Translations under genes and position numbers: made by a program | Assembly: GCF_963921235.1 (NCBI RefSeq) | Contig: NC_086108.1 | Coordinates: 20,336,001-20,400,000 of the forward strand | DNA length: 64,000 bases | Origin: Mobula hypostoma | Taxonomy: Eukaryota | Reading direction: 5' to 3' | The notes under the pieces: generated by a model | Told to the model about the DNA's origin: nothing | Database searches by the model: none | What the model saw: the letters and a program-made list of their open reading frames with translations, nothing else | Part shown: positions 1-12,800 of the stretch, one piece after another | How positions within the stretch are numbered: the first letter of the stretch is position 1 | Layout of the letters: every line of letters begins with the position of its first letter

Positions 1-1256
1 AAGGGACAGAGCATAAATTGGCCTGTTATGCGGATGACATTTTGATCTATCTAGGGCTATCAACATACTCTTTACCTAAATTGATGCAATCCTTTGAACA
101 ATATGGCCAATTATCAGGATACAAGATCAACATAGATAAAGCCCAACTACTTTCATATAACTATAGCCCACCAAGAGAAATTGAAAGTAGATATCCTTGG
201 GCATGGCAAACAGTGTCTGTCAAATATTTGGGAGTCATTGTGCCAAAAGATTTGGCAAAATTATCAGAATGCAATTATCAGCCTATACTGTATCAAGATA
301 TATATGGCAAGGTAAAAGGCCTAGGGTTCATCTCAAAACTTTGCAATTAGCCAAAGAAAAGGGGGGATGGGGCCTACCTTCTCTTAGAGATTATTATTTT
401 GCAGCACAGTTGAGAGCTGTGATATGCTGGTGCAACCCATCATATGACGCTCAATGGAAAAACATTGAGGAGAGGATACTTTCCATCCCCATACAGGCAA
501 TTTTGGCTGATTACAACCTACAAAGTTACATAAATACTATTGATAACCCGTGGGTGAAATGGACTCTTAAAATATGGAAAACTATTCTAAAAGAATATAC
601 TGTAAACTAGAGAGAGACATTGCAATGTTGTGCATATGACTCGGATTTTGCGCTGAATAAACTGGATGCTAGATTTAAGGACTGGGCAGCTAAAGGAATA
701 ACAGCTATTTGCAATATAATGAAAGATGGAACACTGTTCAGTTTTGAAATGCTCAAAGAGAAACACTTATTAGAAAAACAAAACTTTTATCGGTATTTAC
801 AGATGCAACAGTAGGTTAATAGGACGGTTAAAAATGTAACCAAGGCAAGCACATGTCTGATAGAGCTACTTAGAAAAGCATATAATTCAGACAATGGTAA
901 TAGAATCATTTCAAGTGAGTATAAGGGGTTGTCAAATCTTAAAACACATTCGACATCATACATTAAAACAAAATGGGAGAAGGAAGGAGGGATAATAACA
1001 TCTGAGGAAGAATGGACAATAATATGGAGGTATCAATGGAAGTATACCAGTTCACAGAAATGGAGGGAGCTCAGGTGGAAAAACTTGATAAGGTATTTTA
1101 TTACACCCTCTCAGAAATCCCATTATGATAGTAACCTCCCTGTTTGCTGGAGAAATTGTGGAAATCAAAATGCAAACCATTATCATATTTTCTGGGACTG
1201 CCCAGTTATCAAAGACGATTGGAGTGGGATACATAATGCCCTACAAGACACCTTTA
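1..1256 (+). mobile_element. L1-clade LINE, degraded ORF2 3' part (RT to C-terminal Zn knuckle), 5' segment
   Basis: Motifs YADDILIYL, KYLGV, GGWGLPSLRDYY and CWRNC...HIFWDC. Frameshifts and stops. Interrupted at ~1257 by a Rex1 element. Confidence 0.88.
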
Positions 1257-2335
1257 GCTATAGTCATAGTCATAGTCATACTTTATTGATCCCGGGGGAA
1301 ATTGGTTTTCATTACAGTTGCACTATAAATAGTAATAAAACCATAAATAGTTAAATAGTAATATGTAAATTATGCCAGGAAATATGTCCAGGACCAGCCT
1401 ATTGGCTCAGGGTGTCTGACCCTCCAAGGGAGGAGTTGTAAAGTTTGATGGCCACAGGCAGGAATGACTTCCTGTGACGCTCTGTGTTGCATCTCAGTGG
1501 AATGAGTCTCTGGCTGAATGTACTCCTGTGCCCACCCACTACATTATGTAGTGGATGGGAGACATTGTCCAAGATGGCATACAACTTGGACAGCATCCTC
1601 TTTTCAGACACCACCGTCAGAGAGTCCAGTTCCATCCCCACAACATCACTGGCCTTACGAATGAGTTTGTTGATTCTGTTGGTGTCTGCTACCCTCAGCC
1701 TGCTGCCCCAGCACACAATAGCAAACATGATAGCACTGGCCACCACAGACTCATAGAACATCCTCAGCGTCGTCCGGTAGATGTTAAAGGACCTTAGTCT
1801 CCTCAGGAAATAGAGACATCTCTGACCCTTCTTGTAGACAGTCTCAGTGTTCTTTGACCAGTCCAGTTTATTGTCAATTCGTATCCCCAGGAATTTGTAA
1901 TCCTTCACCATGTCCACACTGACCCCCTGGATGGAAACAGGGGTCACCAGTACCTTAGCTCTCCTCAGGTCTACCACCAGCTCCTTAGTCTTTTTCACAT
2001 TAAGCTGCAGATAATTCTGCTCACACCATGTGACAAAGTTTCCTACCGTAGCCTTGTACTCAGCCTCATCTCCCTTGCTGATGCATCCAACTATGGCAGA
2101 GTCATCCGAAAACTTCTGAAGACAACAAGACTCTGTGCAGTATTTGAAGTCTGAGGTGTAAATGGTGAAGAGAAAGGGAGACAAGACAGTCCCCTGTGGA
2201 GCCCCAGCGCTGCTGATCACTCTGTCGGACACATAGTGTTGCAAGCACACGTACTGTGGTCTGCCAGTCAGGTGATCAAGAATCCATGACACCAGGGAAG
2301 CATCCACCTGCATCGCTGTCAGCTTCTCCCCCAGA
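1257..2335 (-). mobile_element. Rex1/Babar-like non-LTR retrotransposon, 5'-truncated, nested in L1
   Basis: Open minus-strand ORF (1399 to ~2335) with GAPQGTVLSPFLF, KFSDDSAI and LYFLRRLRSF. (TATGAC)n 3' tail at ~1260-1280. Possible TTTA duplication at 1253-1256 and 2336-2339. Confidence 0.88.
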
Positions 2336-2866
2336 TTTAAATGTGAAATACCCTTAGGGAGTAAGACCATATATTTTGGGTATATACCTCAAGAATGGTT
2401 GAAAAGAGATAAATATTTAATGAAGATACTGCTGGTGGCTGGTAAAAAGACCTTTACCAGGAAATGGTTATCACAGGAGAGCCCAACTTTAAATGTAAGG
2501 ATAGAAATTACAACGGACATTTACGAAATGGAGAAGATAACAGCATCTGTTAATCATAAGTTGAACAATTTGATTCATACCGGGAAAAATGGTGTAACTA
2601 CATAACACCTCATAGGCCTGATTTTATTCTCACAAGTCAATGAATATGTTGTAAAAAAAATCACTCCCTACTTTGTACATAGTTTTCTTCTTTCGATTGT
2701 TCTTTCTTTCCTCTCCTTTCTACAAGAGCATACCTCAAATAAATATTATGTGGAGATTTGTGACAAATATGATTATGATATATAGATACAGTATTTGAAA
2801 TACATCTTATGGAAATGCTTGTTTGATTAGGAACTTCAATAAAAAATAAATTAGAAAAAAAAGAAG
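2336..2866 (+). mobile_element. L1 LINE 3' end (end of ORF2, 3'UTR, A-rich tail)
   Basis: Continues the L1 protein (KILLVAGKKTFTRKW). Ends in AATAAA plus an A-rich tail at ~2838-2862. Confidence 0.85.
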
Positions 2867-3197
2867 TATGTTGTCAACCAGCTGCACGTAGCCGAGTGTT
2901 GTAGTTGCCAAGGAAAATTTCAACAACATACTTGAATGCCCATCATGTGATTTTTCTCTGGTCCCACGAGAAATTCTTCAAATTGCCTGTCATTGATGAC
3001 TTGTTTGATTTCTAGACCAACAAAAATGTCTTTCTTAATCTTGACATCAGTTATTTTGGGAAACATCTATCTCAAGTATCGAAATCCTTCACGGAATTTT
3101 TTTGTGCCTGGTGACAGCGGATTCCATTCTTGCAGTCTTGAACTCAGTAATTCTGCTTTTGACTTTGACAAACCCAAGTCTCTGACCAGGTCTTTTA
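2867..3197 (-). mobile_element. Chapaev3-like DNA transposase remnant, downstream piece
   Basis: Minus-strand translation gives DLVRDLGLSKSKAELLSSRLQEWN joined by an internal deletion to GFRYLR*MFPKITDVKIKKDIFVG. Family assigned from remembered motifs. Confidence 0.65.
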
Positions 3198-4504
3198 TGA
3201 CAAGATAGGCAGAATTCAGCATGGTTTCCTTAAAGCAAAATCCTGCCTGACAAACCTGTTACAATTTTTTGAGGAAATTACAAGTAGGCTAGACAAGGGA
3301 GATGCAGTGGATGTTGTTTATTTGGATTTTCAGAAGGCCTTTGACAAGGTGCCACACATGAGGCTACTTAACAAGATAAGAGCCCATGGAATTACGGGAA
3401 AGTTACATACATGGATAGGGCATTGGCTGATTGGCAGGAAACAGAGAGTGGGAATAAAGGGATCCTATTCTGGTTGGCTGCTGGTTACCAGTGGTGTTCC
3501 ACAGGGGTCTGTGTTGGGGCTGCTTCTTTTTACATTGTGCATCAACGATTTGGATTATGGAATAGATGGCTTTGTGGCTAAGTTTGCTGATAATACGAAG
3601 ATAGGTGGAGGGGCCAGTAGTGCTGAGGAAACAGAGAGTCTGCAGAAAGACTTGGATAGATTGGAAGAATGGGCAAAGAAGTGGCAAATGAAATACAGTG
3701 TTGGAAAGTGTATGGTTATGCACTTTGGCAGAAGCAATAAACGGGCAGACTATTATTTAAATGGAGAGAGAGTTCAAAGTTCTGAAATGCAACGGGACTT
3801 GGGAGCCCTTGTGCAGGATACCCTTAAGGTTAACCTGCAGGTTGAATCGGTGGTGAAGAAGGCGAATGCAATGTTGGCATTCATTTCCAGAGGAATAGAG
3901 TATAGGAGCAGGGATGTGATGTTGAGGCTCTATAAGACGCTGGTAAGACCTCACTTGGAGTACTGTGGGCAGTTTTGGTCTCCTTATTTAAGAAAGGATG
4001 TGCTGACGTTGGAGAGGGTACAAGAGAAGATTCACTAGAATGATTCCGGGAATGAGAGGGTTAACATATGAGGAACGTTTGTCTGCTCTTGGACTGTATT
4101 CCTTGGAGTTTAGAAGACTGAGGGGGGACCTCAAAGAAACATTTCAAATGTTGAAAGGAATGGACAGAGTGGATGTGGCAAAGTTGTTTCCCATGATGGG
4201 GGAGTCTAGTACGAGAGGACATGACTTAAGGATTGAAGGGCGCCCATTCAGAACAGAGAAGTGAAGAAATTTTTTTAGGCAGAGGGTGGTGAATGTATGG
4301 AATTTGTTGCCACGAGCGGCAGTGGAGGCCAAGTCATTGGGTGTATTCAAGGCAGAGATTGACAGGTATCTGAGTAGCCAGGGCATCAAAAGTTATGGTG
4401 AAAAGGCGGGGTGTGGGACTAAATTGGAGAATGGATCAACTCATGATAAAATGGTGGAGCAGACTCGATGGGTCGAATGGCCAACTTCTGCTCCTTTGTC
4501 TTAT
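3198..4504 (+). mobile_element. CR1 LINE, 5'-truncated, nested in the DNA transposon
   Basis: Motifs YLDFQKAFDKVPH, SGVPQGSVLG and LVRPHLEYC. Ends TCTTATGGTCTT. Flanked by GGTCTTTTA at 3189-3197 and 4505-4513. Confidence 0.93.
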
Positions 4505-4740
4505 GGTCTTTTAACTCAAATTGAGCTATCAGCTGAGGCTCATTCAGCATAAGGGGTTCAAAATTTGTATGAGTATCAGTGTTCTTTTCCATTCCTGGCT
4601 CATGCATCATGGCATCTTCGTCTTCCTCCATGTCTCCGGTGGCTTTGGTGCTGGAAGACTATCGGCATGCTGAAGGGAGATTGGGGTATTCAGTGGACTT
4701 ATTATTTTTAGCAGAAAAACCGGACAGACTGGTCAGACGG
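4505..4740 (-). mobile_element. Chapaev3-like DNA transposase remnant, upstream piece
   Basis: Minus strand reads SGFSAKNNKSTEYPNLPSA ... EPQLIAQFELKD and joins LVRDLGLSK once the CR1 is removed. Confidence 0.65.
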
Positions 4741-4759
4741 AAGTAGCAACTGTAGCAAC

Positions 4760-5312
4760 CTGGAGTTCTGGACTCCTTACTTGAGGAAGGATATACTGGC
4801 TTTGGAGGTGGTGCAAAGGAGGCTCACCAGTTTGATTACAGAGATGAGGGGGTTTAGACTATGAGCAGAGATTGAATTTCCTGGGACCGTCTGTATTCAC
4901 AGGAATTCAGAAGGATGAGAGGAGATCTTTTGGTAACATATAAAATTATGAAAGGGATAGACAAGCTAGAGGCAGGAAAGTTGTTTCCACTGGTTGGTGA
5001 GACTAGAACTAGGGGACGTAGCCTCAAGATTCGGGGGAGTAAATTTAGGATGGAGAAGAGGAGGAACTACTTTTCCCAAAGAGTGCTGAATCTATGGAAT
5101 TCTCTGCCCAATAAAGCGGTGGCGGCTACCTCAGTAAATACATTTAAGACGAGGTGAGGTAGATTTTTGCATAGTAGGAGATTTAAGGGTTGTGGGGAGA
5201 ATACAGGTAGGTGGAGATGAGTCCAAGGTCAGATCAGCCATGATCTTATTGAATGGCGGAGCAGGCTCGATGGGCCAGGTGGCCGACTCCTGCTCCTATT
5301 TCTTATGTTCTT
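4760..5312 (+). mobile_element. CR1 LINE 3' fragment
   Basis: Motifs MRGDLLVTYKIMKG and RVLNLWNSLP. TCTTATGTTCTTAT tail. Confidence 0.88.
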
Positions 5313-7293
5313 ATCTGGAAGTTAAAATGGCGCTAAACATTGACTCTTTTGCTTGCATCTTCGGAAACAACTCTAGTTCCATCTTTAATATCTTTATTTT
5401 CCCCTTTCAAGGTTCTTTTGAAGACCCTGACCTGGAGTTACACACTGACTTCGGTTCTTTGTGAGAATGGGACCTGCTTTCAGGCTTCCATAACCGTTCG
5501 GCATGCCAAGGTTTCGGCCTGAGAGTCCGGCTCGAATTTGAAAGTCTAAGATCTTGGAGCTCTGGAGACAGGTGGATCGAGGTTCAGTGACATGGTAGGA
5601 GACCTGTGTGTCGTCGGGGGAGCCAGGATATCTGCTGTGGGCCTGAAGACCCGAGATCTTTGCAATCTTTGGGCACAGAGCTCAGAGAGGGTGATATAAG
5701 TTTCAGGAGGTAAAAAGCTTTGCAACATCAGCTATGAAAAGTTCCTGTTCATTTATTGCCACAGCTCATGTTGTGTCAAAGGTTGTTTCTACATTGGACA
5801 ATTCTAAACTAGGTTCAAGTTAATAATTTCACTAAAGCCAGAAACAAAAGCAGGTCAATGTCAGGTATAATGTTTGAGTCTTCCATTCAGTTCAGATAAA
5901 ATTGAAAACAGCTCGTGCTGGAAACATGTCGGCTCAGGTAGTTTCAGTGCTAAGGGAAACAGAGTTGACAATTTCAGTCATTGATTTCCCAGGAGAAGCA
6001 GTTGCTAAAGTAATTATGAACAAAAATAGCCTGCAGATTCCAGAAATCTGAAATAAAGTAAAAGATGTTGGAAATACTCAGCAGGTCAGACAGAGTGTGA
6101 AAAGAGACACATCCTTGGTCTTTCATTAGAGCTGCTAAAATGCATGAAAATGGACAACTGAAAACTTAAATAATGCTAGTGTTTGATAGTGGATCTGAAA
6201 CAAGTCAAGCACTGTGTAAATCACTAGATTCAAAGAGGCAATGGGATCATGGAAAATGAAACTTGATTTTTCCCAATCGTATTACAATTTTTCAATACAA
6301 GCTCATTTGTTCTGAGAAACTTATCATTGTACATCCTGTTCTGCTCCCATCATCAAAAACTACATTTATTTCCACTCCTACCAGGATCTGTACTTTGTTA
6401 ATCTGCTGTAAAGGGAATACATATACTGGGAACGATATGTGCAGTTAATCAACATGATATCATAATTTGGAACATTCTCTGTGGTTTTGATATGACCTGG
6501 TTTTCAATTTAGTGAAAATTTCGTTCTTGATTTGTTAATTTAGTGGAAACATCTCTTTGGGTTTACATCAAACTTTTCATCAGAATTATTCAATGGAAAA
6601 AATATATCACAAAGCAGCACTGTCAACATTTATTAGGCCAGCAGCAGGAAGAAAGTAAGGTATGCAGTCAACTAAAAAGTCAGGGCAGATGAATCCAGAG
6701 TATAACTTAATATCAAATTCTGAGATGAAAAAAACGACTAATTTTATACCAAAGCACAAACTGCTTAGATTTTGGAACCTAATTTAGATCAGTTTCACAA
6801 GTGTTAATTTCAACAAATTTCAGAGTTCTTATATTAGATATGACCATTAAGTTGATTTCACATTCCCCAAGCATACAGAAACATTTTTTCTTTCTGTTCA
6901 GTATTTAATTAAACAATAATATGACACAGGGATTAAACACAGAGCTTTATGTTGTTTATCATCTTGGCCTGAATATATTATGCTGTGCTCCATGAATTCT
7001 CTTTTCTAAACAGAAGAGTGACAGACATTGGCTGCTGTTTAGAAAATCCACATGTACATGTTTGAAAAATTGCCCATTTAAGTCTGTGAAGTGACATTTG
7101 GACCTGAAGCTGACAATTCCAGTAAGGCTCAGGCAGCAAAAGAAATCCTCCTTTCAAGCTGCTATGAAACAGCTGCCAAAATTACTACCCAGACCAGGAC
7201 TTGCCACATGAACTGTGGATAAATGCCATAACTTTCATAATTTAATTAAATTATAAAATAGTTGACAAATTGTAAGCAACACTATATTCTGCA

Positions 7294-7534
7294 GCAACAC
7301 ACACAAAATGCTGGAGGAATTCAGCAGACCAGGCAGCATCTATGGAGAAGAGTAAACAGTTGATGTCTCAGGTCAAGACCCTTCAGGATTAGAAAGAAAG
7401 AGAAGTCAGAGTAAGAAGGTGGAGGTAGGGGAGGAAGAAGTATAAGGAGGCAGGTGGGCCTGAAACATTGGCTGTTTATTCTTTTTCGTAGATGCTGCCT
7501 GGCCTGTTGAGTTCCTCCAGCATTTTGTATGTGT
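7294..7534. mobile_element. Short Penelope-derived fold-back element (inverted pLTR ends), 14-bp TSD
   Basis: Inverted ends ACACAAAATGCTGGAGGAA...TTCCTCCAGCATTTTGT. Direct repeat CACTATATTCTGCA at 7280-7293 and 7535-7548. Confidence 0.8.
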
Positions 7535-7654
7535 CACTATATTCTGCATGCTGTTTCCTTTTTACCACTAAGTTCAGTATTTGTTAAAATCTTTTGGTCT
7601 ACCTCAATGCACTTATGTATGGAATGTTTTGTCTGGGTGACAGGCAGACAATAG

Positions 7655-8044
7655 TGTTGCAATGAGCGAATGAAGCGAACCCAAGTGTAGGACACAGGCA
7701 TGGAGATTGAGTTAGGGTGCTTACGCGGACGTGAATGTTGAACAGCAAACAGGAGGGATCTGGACACAGAGCCTTGACACAGAGAGACAGAGTTTCACCT
7801 TGAAACTGGAGCAAAACTTAGAGCACACAGTCCCAAGTGGCCAGGAAACATTAGTTACCACACAGGCAAAACTAACGATCTGGTGACTAGTGGTTGAAAT
7901 GCCAGGGTTCTTATGCTGCAGGTCTTGATGGAAACCAGGTGTGCTGTCATCAAAAAGAATTAGAAGCAAATTAATAGTCAGAACCATGGCACAATCAAAG
8001 GAAATTAGGAGAAAGATAGGGAATTAACGATCGGGACCGTAACA
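7655..8044 (-). repeat. 3' LTR of a Gypsy chromovirus (sushi-like)
   Basis: TG...CA on the minus strand, preceded by a G-rich PPT (~8045-8065). Diverged reverse complement of 9363-9750. Confidence 0.88.
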
Positions 8045-9362
8045 ATACCCACAACCCCCCCCCCAACAGGAGTCTCCAGGCGAACCACCAGGCCTGTCCA
8101 TATTATCTCGATGGAAATCACAGAGGAGGGAAGAGTCCAAGCTGAAGGAGCGGGGAATCCAGGAGCATTCCTCCCGGCCATATCTCTCCCAATCCACCAG
8201 GTACTGGAGGCCCCTGCCTCGGCGGTGCACATCCAGTGTTCGCCGGACGGTATACACTGGGTGGTCGTCAATGATCCGGGTGGGTGGAGGGGATTTGGCA
8301 GGAGGGCACAAAGGGCTGACAAATACAGGTTTCAATTGAGAGATGTGGAACACGGGATGAATGTGAATGGATCCGGATGGTTTGAGTCTGATTACTGAGG
8401 GGTTGATGACACTCTCAATCTCAAATAGTCCCAGGTAGTGAGGGGCGAGTTTCTTGGGTTCATTCTTGAGGGGGATGTCTTTTGACAAGAGCCAAACCTT
8501 CTGCCGATAATTTGGTGCAGGAATTCGATGGTGATCCGCAATCCTCCGGTTGCGGTCGGCTGAGCGGAGCAGGGCCACACGTGCATCCTTCCAGATCTTG
8601 CGGCACCGGCGGAGATGGGACTGAACAGAAGGCACAGCAATGTCATCTTCATGTGCGGGAAACAGAGGGGATTGGTAACTGAGGGAGCATTCAAAGGGAG
8701 ACATTCTGGTGGTGGTGCTGACCAGGGAGTTGTGGGTGGACTCGACCCAAACGGGATGGGTGCTCCCGGATGATGGGTTTTTGGTGGTTGTGCAGCGCAG
8801 TGGTTTGCTGGTTTGCTTGATCTGTTTGACCATTGGTCTGCAGATGGAAGCTGGAAGACAGGTTTACTGAGGCTCCGAGGGCTTGCCAAAAGGATCTCCA
8901 GACCTGAGAGATGAGTTGGGCACTCTGGTCAGAAATAATGTCAGAGGGAATACCATGAAGGTGGAAGATGTGATGAACAAGGAGGTCGGCTTTCTCATGG
9001 GCTGTAAGGAATTTGGGAAGGGCTACGAAGTGCACAGATTTGGAGAAGCGGTCCACCATGGTGAGTACGGCAGTGCTCCCATGTGAAAGGGGTAGACCAG
9101 TAACAAAATCCAGCGCAATGTGGGACCAAGGGTGACTAGGGACAAGTAGGGGACGAGGAAACCCAGCAGGTGGTTGGTGGGAGGCTTTTCCATGGGCACA
9201 AACAGAACAGGCAGAGACAAAGGAATGGGTGTCAGCATCCATGGAGTTCCACCAGAAATGTCTCTTCAGAAGGGACAGAGTTCGATTGATTCTGGGATGG
9301 CAGGCGAAACGAGAAGTATGCCCCCAATGGTCACCTGAGACCAAACCGAGTCAGGCACCAAG
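8045..9362 (-). pseudogene. Chromovirus integrase plus chromodomain, frameshifted
   Basis: HHCC-like region (HPRI...CSVC), [18 protein letters not shown]-like HYLGLFEI, HPVFHISQLKP, and chromodomain QYLVDWERYGREECSW. Confidence 0.9.
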
Positions 9363-9750
9363 TGTCACAGTCCCGATCGTTAATTCCCTATCTTTCTCCT
9401 AATTTCCTTTGATTGTGCCACGGTTCAAACTGTTAATTTCCCATTTGCTTCTAATTTTCTTTGATGATGACACACCTGGTTTCCATCAAGACATGCAGCA
9501 TAAGAACCCCGGTGTTACAACCACTAGTCGCTAGATGGTTGGTTTTCTTGTGTGGTAACTAACATTTCCCGGCCACTTAGGACTGTGTGTTCTAAGTTTT
9601 GCTCCAGTTTCAAGGTTTACCTATGAACTCCGTCTCCGTGTCAAGATCCCTCCTGTTTGCTGTTCAACGTTCACGTCCACGTAAGCATCCTAACTCAATC
9701 TCCGTGCCTGTGTCCTGCACTTGGGTTTGCTTCATTCACTCATTGCAACA
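9363..9750 (+). repeat. 5' LTR of a Gypsy chromovirus
   Basis: TGTCAC...GCAACA, followed by a short leader (GAACGATCTGGCCAC) and the gag ATG at 9767. Confidence 0.88.
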
Positions 9751-9766
9751 GAACGATCTGGCCACA

Positions 9767-10625
9767 ATGGACCCAGCGGACACATATACTCTGCAACAAG
9801 CCCTCCCCAGCCAGGGCTCCCTACTGAGTCTGCACATTCAACTTCTCCGGGATGTCATAGAGAACCTCCGTTCCCTGTCTGCTAACGTAACGAAGATCGG
9901 TGACCAGGTGGATCGTGTATCCACTCATTTTACCCTATCCACTCCTGGAACTCTGTCTAACCAGCCCAGACAGCCTATAGTAGCAACCCGCTATGTGTCA
10001 GCAACACCCCTGCCAAGAGAGCCGCACGTACCTGAACCAGAACACTACGCTGGGGATTTGGGGAAGTGCCGGGCCTTCCTTCTGCAATGCTCCTTGGTGT
10101 TCAAACAGCAATCATCCACGTTCTCCATGGATAAGTCAAAGATAGCTTATATCACGGGGTTGTTGCAGAGAAGTGCCTTAGCGTGGGCTACAGCTGTCTG
10201 GGATAATCAACTGGATATCTGCTCTTCTTTCCCCACCTTTATCGCGGAAATGAGAATGATCTTTGACCACCCCATCAGTGGTAAAGATGCCGCTAAGCAC
10301 CTACTCACTCTCCATCAGGGCTCACGCAGTGTTGCCGAATATTCCGTGGAGTTGCGGACGTTAGTGGCCGACTCAGAGCGGAACGCTGAGGCACTCCAAG
10401 GGGTATTTCGGGATGGCCTCAGCGATGTGGTGAAAGACGAGTTGGTGGCAAGAGATTACGCCAACAGCCTGGATTCCTTGATCTCCCTAGCCACCAGGTT
10501 GGACAATCGTCTTTGAGAACGCCATAGGGAAAGAACTGGTTGTCCACCGCCTTTGGCCACTTCACAGCACTCATTACTGTCTCCCACCAGCACAAGCCCC
10601 TCTTCTCCTCCTGCTCCTAGAATAG
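9767..10625 (+). pseudogene. Sushi-like retrotransposon gag, premature stop at 10516, 3' truncated
   Basis: MDPAD start, PEPEHYAGDLGKCRAFLLQC and major homology region LHQGSRSVAEY. Pol is absent downstream. Confidence 0.88.
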
Positions 10626-10631
10626 CTCCCA

Positions 10632-11268
10632 GCCCTTACACTTCCTCCCTCACCACCATTCAGGGTTCCAGACAGTCCTTCCAGGTGAGGCAACACTTCA
10701 CCTGTGAGTTGGCTGGGGTGATATACTGCATCCAGTGCTCCCGATGTGGCCTTCTATATATATTGGCGAGACCTGACGCAGGCTGGGAGATCGTTTTGCT
10801 GAACACCTACGCTCTGTCTGCCAGAGGAAACAGGATCTCCCAGTGGCCACACATTTTAATTCCACATCCCATTCCCATTCTGACATGTCTATCCACGGCC
10901 TCCTCTACTGTAAAGATGAAGCCACACTTAGGTTGGAGGAACAACACCCTATATTCCGTCTGGGTAGCCTCCAACCTGATGGCATGAACATTGACTTCTC
11001 TAACTTCCGCTAATGCCCCACCTCCCCCTCGTACCCCATCCGTTATTTATTTATATACACACATTCTTTCTCTCTCCTCCTTTTTCTCACTCTGTCCTTC
11101 TGACTTGCCCAACCTCTGGGTTTTTCTCCCCCCTCCCCCTTTTCCTTCTCCCTGGGCCTCCTGTCCCATGATCCTCTCATATCCCGTTTGCCAATCACCT
11201 GTCCAGCTCTTGGCTCCATCCCTCCCCCTCCTGTCTTCTCCTATCATTTTGGATCTCTCTCTCCCCCT
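10632..11268 (+). mobile_element. Penelope-like element 3' fragment (GIY-YIG endonuclease plus 3' region)
   Basis: GVIYCIQCSRCGLLYI, frameshifted. Closely matches 17975-18570. Confidence 0.9.
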
Positions 11269-12800
11269 CTATTGGTTAGTTGATAAATTGCCCATTAAAT
11301 CAGTCTGATTGTGAAGGTGAGCAACAGAACCTGGGGTGATGGGGCTTGGTGGCAATAAAGGGAAATTAAGTGGGAGATCAGCATGAACCTAATGGGCTTC
11401 TGCGCTGTATGACTCCGTTTAATAGTCAGCAGTTGGAGTTTTCCTTGCCTGGGATCAATGTTATCTTCAGCAATGCTGCCTTTTAATACCACTGGAAATC
11501 TCAGCTCATTACAGGCTACCTTTATCCATTCCCTTGCCAGGAATTAGAGCATCAGGAATTTCACTGATGATTTCTGATCAGGATCAGAACCAGCTTACTA
11601 GCCAAGCCCTGACATTCAATATCTAGCGAGCGAGCCTCTTCACTAATGATATTAGTCCTTTCAGCAGGCTGTATAAACATTCATGCAGGAATATGTCTGA
11701 AAGGAAACCCCAGTATGGATTTAAAACTAGAGATAGGGTGCACATGCCGATTTCTTTCACCACAAGGAACTTTTCCATTGTTGACTTATTCCTTATAATG
11801 ACAGTTCATTGTTCCATAAACTCTACAACATTTTTTAAGAGATAAAATATCGAACTAGCATTAAAGTTAAATTTCTGACATTGCTGAATGTATCTCCTAG
11901 GGATGGATGAGGATTTGGTTTCTTCCTTTTGTTGTTTATTGTAATTTTTGGCAAAAACCTCATTTACACACAGATCCGGAGTTTCTGCTGATATTCTACA
12001 AGGGTTGCAACAACCAGACAGGAAAATTTCTTGAGGAAATTCCTGGCATGTGTTCAGAAAATCAATACTCTTAACAATCCACTTTCTCAAAATTGTCAAA
12101 ATTAAGCAATTAAATTAATTTTGTTTGAAAATTCAGTTCTGATTAGATAATTAAGCACAAATATTACCAAAATAGGAAATAATATCTGAAATATAGAGTA
12201 TTTTTTAAAATTCCAGAATCCTTTGATATAGAATACTGAACTCACTACTTGGTATGGCTGCCAACAACTTCAGAAAATGTTTTAACTGCAGCCAATTTTG
12301 AAGTGGTCTTGTATCAAAAATAATATTTTCATAATAAAATACTCCAGATGTTCAGATGAAAATAATACCAACTAGCTTAAATGTTTCAGAGAAACCAGGA
12401 GTAGAGAATTTGAGAACCTACTGCAGAATCCTTTTTCGGAAATTTAATTTAAAATGTCATACAATTTCTTCATAAGAATATGCAGGAAGCTAATGAAGAA
12501 CTGAGATGATATGACCACCTCGAAATCTTACTCCTTATATCAGTATAAGTGCGTGAGCTGCTACAATTTGAGACCACCTGAAATTAAACCAGGATGTTAA
12601 TGTTGGTGGGTTGGTAAGTAACCTCAATAGCTTGCACACATTCAGTAGGAATCATCCTGAATCGATTCCCATGGATGATAGGAAATATAAAGAAATATAA
12701 CCAGGTTTAATATCACCAGAATGTGTTGTGAAATTGTTAAAGAAACCCTCTCTCAATACATAATAGCAAACTACAGCATTCAGTTAGGCTTCCAAATATA

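Noticed and set aside
9599..10516. Domesticated gag gene of the PEG10/RTL type
   Set aside because: It still sits behind its LTR, the tracked ORF starts inside the LTR, and the stop at 10516 looks premature.
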